Positions 54,913 through 57,335 of a DNA stretch of 57,335 bases are shown piece after piece. Under the pieces are notes generated by a model. It was not told the DNA's origin and ran no database searches. It worked only from the letters and a program-made list of their open reading frames with translations. Source of the stretch: a virus (Duplodnaviria > Caudoviricetes); the IMG/VR virus record IMGVR_UViG_3300037424_000877, positions 1 through 57,335 of that record; one strand, 5' to 3'. The stretch's first letter is position 1. Every line of letters starts with the position of its first letter. A program made the translations under genes and the position numbers.

Positions 54913-55595
54913 TGGGCGCCCAGTGGGTGGCACCATACAAGAAGCGTGCCAGTGCGTGCCATGCCGCGTACTCCACTTATCCGATGGGGTATGTGGAGTA
55001 CCCCTCGTGCAAGGACCGTGCCAGCGAGTCCGCACCTACATACGCACACACCCACGCACACCCACTGGGCGCCCAATTGCCGGGTATAAATGTACTCGAT
55101 CGCGACATTCCTGTCATGTAGGAGATGTAGGCAGAGGTAGGTAAGGGTAAGGTGATGTCGACAGCACTGCTACTTATGCCACCTGCACGTGGCGGTGCAA
55201 CACTCATGCCAGTGCAACACTTAATAACCCTGAAAGGGGTGGCTGATCTACGGTGCGATCGAATCGATCTGGCCCTAAGTCCGTCCCGCCCCTTTGAAGG
55301 CTATGACCATACGTTGCCCTATGTGACCATGTGGCAATATGTCGCACTTTGGCACGAATTTTGCCCACAGGGCGTTCGAGGGCAGATCCTAGGTCTCACC
55401 GATCCGACCCGTGTCCGACCCGCGGTGTCACAAGTCGGCAATTCTTTCGGCAGTGATTACCAAAGGTTACGGGAGTTAGATGCTCTTGGACTCTCTTTTC
55501 TATATAAAGGATGAAATGATAGTATGGGTCTATTCTTTTTGCTAATCTTCATCGATTTTCCACGGTATGGGCTCGTGTCCCAAGAAAAACGATCG

Positions 55596-55662
55596 AGCAC
55601 GATTCGTGCTTGGCCGTTGGGCCGTACGGACACCGGACTCACGACCGAGCATGATTCATGCT
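55596..55662. promoter_or_regulatory. two perfect 15-bp palindromes (operator-like)
   Basis: AGCACGA-T-TCGTGCT (55596) and AGCATGA-T-TCATGCT (55648); half-site at 55683. Confidence 0.6.
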
Positions 55663-55736
55663 AGATTCGCGAATGTCCTAAGAGCATGATATTTATTTGA
55701 CTTGACATCACTTGCTGGACGAGGCATACACATTGC

Positions 55737-56078
55737 ATGAACAAACAAGAGACCGCCACACTCGCCCTCCTCGATCAACTTGCCGAAGGCCCTATCAAGG
55801 CCTCCGAAGCCCTACCCCCGCCGTGCTCCGCACAGCTGAGGGGTCTCGTCATGAAGGCCCTAGTACGCTGCGGCGCCGTCCAGCAGCAAGGACGCGACGG
55901 GGATTACCTGGACCAAGGACCAGCCTACAATGACACGATCGACCGACTGACCGAACTAGATACGCCTAACGCAGAGCTGGCCCTACAGACGGACCCGAAG
56001 AGCGCCAGGGTGGCATACCTGAAGGCACACATGGTTTGGGTCAAAGCACAAATCGCTGAACTCGAGGTTGAGCCATGA
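55737..56078 (+). CDS. hypothetical protein, possibly winged-helix DNA-binding
   Basis: LLDQLAEGP...LVRCGAVQ pattern; TTGACA upstream; follows palindromes. Confidence 0.55.
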   Translation: MNKQETATLALLDQLAEGPIKASEALPPPCSAQLRGLVMKALVRCGAVQQQGRDGDYLDQGPAYNDTIDRLTELDTPNAELALQTDPKSARVAYLKAHMVWVKAQIAELEVEP

Positions 56079-56377
56079 AAGGCGCCAAAGCAGGCCTTCG
56101 CGCGCCGTGGATCCGCGGCTCGAACCCTACCAAGAAACAAGCTTCTGATATTGCCGCTAAGGCTGTCTCAGACGCCCGCCCGCCTAAACCGGGGAGTATC
56201 AAATACCTAGAGCAGCGTTTCGACGAAGCCTATAAGATGCTCCAAATGGGCTATCCCGACGAAGAAACCGCCCGGGCAGAACATCAGCGCTGTGTTGACG
56301 CGCTGAACATCGCTCGGGTCAGCCGGTTTAATCTTGCCGCCAAGAATAAGCGCTTGAAGGCTAAGGCCGGATGGTAG
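56075..56377 (+). CDS. basic hypothetical protein
   Basis: ATGA overlap. Confidence 0.6.
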   Translation: MKGAKAGLRAPWIRGSNPTKKQASDIAAKAVSDARPPKPGSIKYLEQRFDEAYKMLQMGYPDEETARAEHQRCVDALNIARVSRFNLAAKNKRLKAKAGW

Positions 56378-56603
56378 GACGCTCCCCGTCCGATCCGACG
56401 AGCGACGCTCCCACGCGACCCCGCAACGCGGGGTCTAGTGCGAGTTCGACCGCCAACTGCTCCCCGAGCGCCACCAGTTGCCCTACAGTGAGCTTGTGTG
56501 CGTCAGGGGTCACCATGAGTGCCAGGCCGACCAGGGACGCTTCGAGGCGCCGTGAGCGCTCGGCAATCGCGGTCAGCGCCCGGATGGCGCCATGGGCGCT
56601 CAC
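56361..56603 (-). CDS. hypothetical protein
   Basis: GTGA overlap with upstream gene. Confidence 0.55.
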   Translation of the reverse strand: MSAHGAIRALTAIAERSRRLEASLVGLALMVTPDAHKLTVGQLVALGEQLAVELALDPALRGRVGASLVGSDGERPTIRP

Positions 56604-57136
56604 CTCGACACCTGGTGAACAGCAGCCAAACTGAACAAGGAATCAGCGTGGGACGCGAGAATAGGCGCCTCGTGTGCGAGCGACGGTAGCAAATCTCGCC
56701 AATCAGCGACACTGTGTGTGTGACATCCGATTGTGACTACATCGTCGCAGATCGTGACGTGAAACTCGCCTAGTCCGGTCAGATAGATCGGTGATCGCGA
56801 GGCACTGCCGCACACTAGGGCATCGCCGTACACCAGGGCATCGCCGTACACCAGGGCACGGTCGCACACCAGGGCATGGCCGTACACCTGGGCATGGCCG
56901 TACACCAGGGCACGGTCGCACACCCGGGCACGGTCGCACACCAGGGCATGGTCGCACACCAGGGCATGGCCGTACACCCGGGCACGGTCGCACACCAGGG
57001 CATGGCCGTACACCCGGGCATCCGGACCGACATATGCGCTGTCGTCCACGTGAGCAGTGTCGGCTACCCATCCACTACCATTTATGTGCCTGTGAGCAGC
57101 GACCGGACCACACCCAAAATCAAATTGCGTTGTCAT
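56600..57136 (-). CDS. left-handed beta-helix (hexapeptide repeat) protein
   Basis: AHRH.NG.GWVADTA then AxVxG/D hexapeptides (18-bp repeats) and IGC. Confidence 0.8.
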   Translation of the reverse strand: MTTQFDFGCGPVAAHRHINGSGWVADTAHVDDSAYVGPDARVYGHALVCDRARVYGHALVCDHALVCDRARVCDRALVYGHAQVYGHALVCDRALVYGDALVYGDALVCGSASRSPIYLTGLGEFHVTICDDVVTIGCHTHSVADWRDLLPSLAHEAPILASHADSLFSLAAVHQVSR

Positions 57137-57244
57137 TTCAATTCCTTCCGTTGTCATTTCAAAAGATCTGCGTAACCATCTACGCAACGTGGGGCGTGTT
57201 GCTCCGGATCGGTGTGTTACAGATTGCGTGAAGGGACCAGAAGC

Positions 57245-57335
57245 CGGCGAGCTGTCTTGATTGCGCCAGATCGATAGCCAGCGTTGTAGTCGCGGCAAGC
57301 CTCGCGGAACGCTGGCCCGCGGCTCTCGCACTGAC
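57245..57335. repeat. 91-bp exact direct repeat, copy 2 (copy 1 at 168-258)
   Basis: identical to 168-258. Confidence 0.95.

Larger units (their letters stand above)
54676..55365. promoter_or_regulatory. cluster of sigma54-type -24/-12 boxes
   Basis: TGGCAY-N5-TT(G/C)(C/T) at 54676-54691(-), 54936-54951(-), 55008-55023(-), 55196-55211(-), 55350-55365(+). Confidence 0.65.

Noticed and set aside
54546-55514. ORFs across the repeat-rich intergenic region
   Set aside because: Translations mirror the DNA repeats, with no RBS or recognisable motifs.
1-57335. Integrated prophage or lysogeny module
   Set aside because: No integrase, parA or flanking host genes were recognised; host-like genes (sspB, orn) are embedded in phage operons.

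Overview
The window is a near-complete, probably circular or circularly permuted genome (about 57.1 kb, GC-rich) of a tailed dsDNA phage with a contractile tail. The last 91 bp (57245-57335) repeat positions 168-258. Almost all genes lie on the minus strand. Reading along that strand, the order is: accessory genes (pentapeptide protein, two Zn-metalloprotease lipoproteins, metallophosphoesterase, GH73 endolysin, DUF5664-like, degenerate oligoribonuclease, DNA methyltransferase); a split large terminase; portal, head, sheath/tube, frameshifted tail chaperone, tape measure, baseplate, fibres and LamG/BNR proteins; then replication genes (PD-(D/E)xK nuclease, SF2 helicase, oligoribonuclease, tRNA-Thr, PolA, RuvC-like, HNH, primase-helicase, HD hydrolase, SspB); and small early-type genes. 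I found no integrase, reverse transcriptase, cas gene or purZ. The SspB sequence type suggests a Myxococcota host (inference). The most unusual signals are: (1) a cluster of sigma54 -24/-12 boxes in a 1.1-kb non-coding region, plus two antisense boxes in the virion operon, one overlapping the head-gene promoter; (2) two in-frame, mostly synonymously diverged copies of virion-gene segments inside unrelated small Cys-rich ORFs; (3) a terminase broken at the ATPase/nuclease linker, with features compatible with recoding; (4) a phage-borne ClpXP adaptor; (5) direct repeats at gene junctions, structured RNAs and apparently leaderless operon heads. All family assignments are by motif recognition only; no database searches were run.
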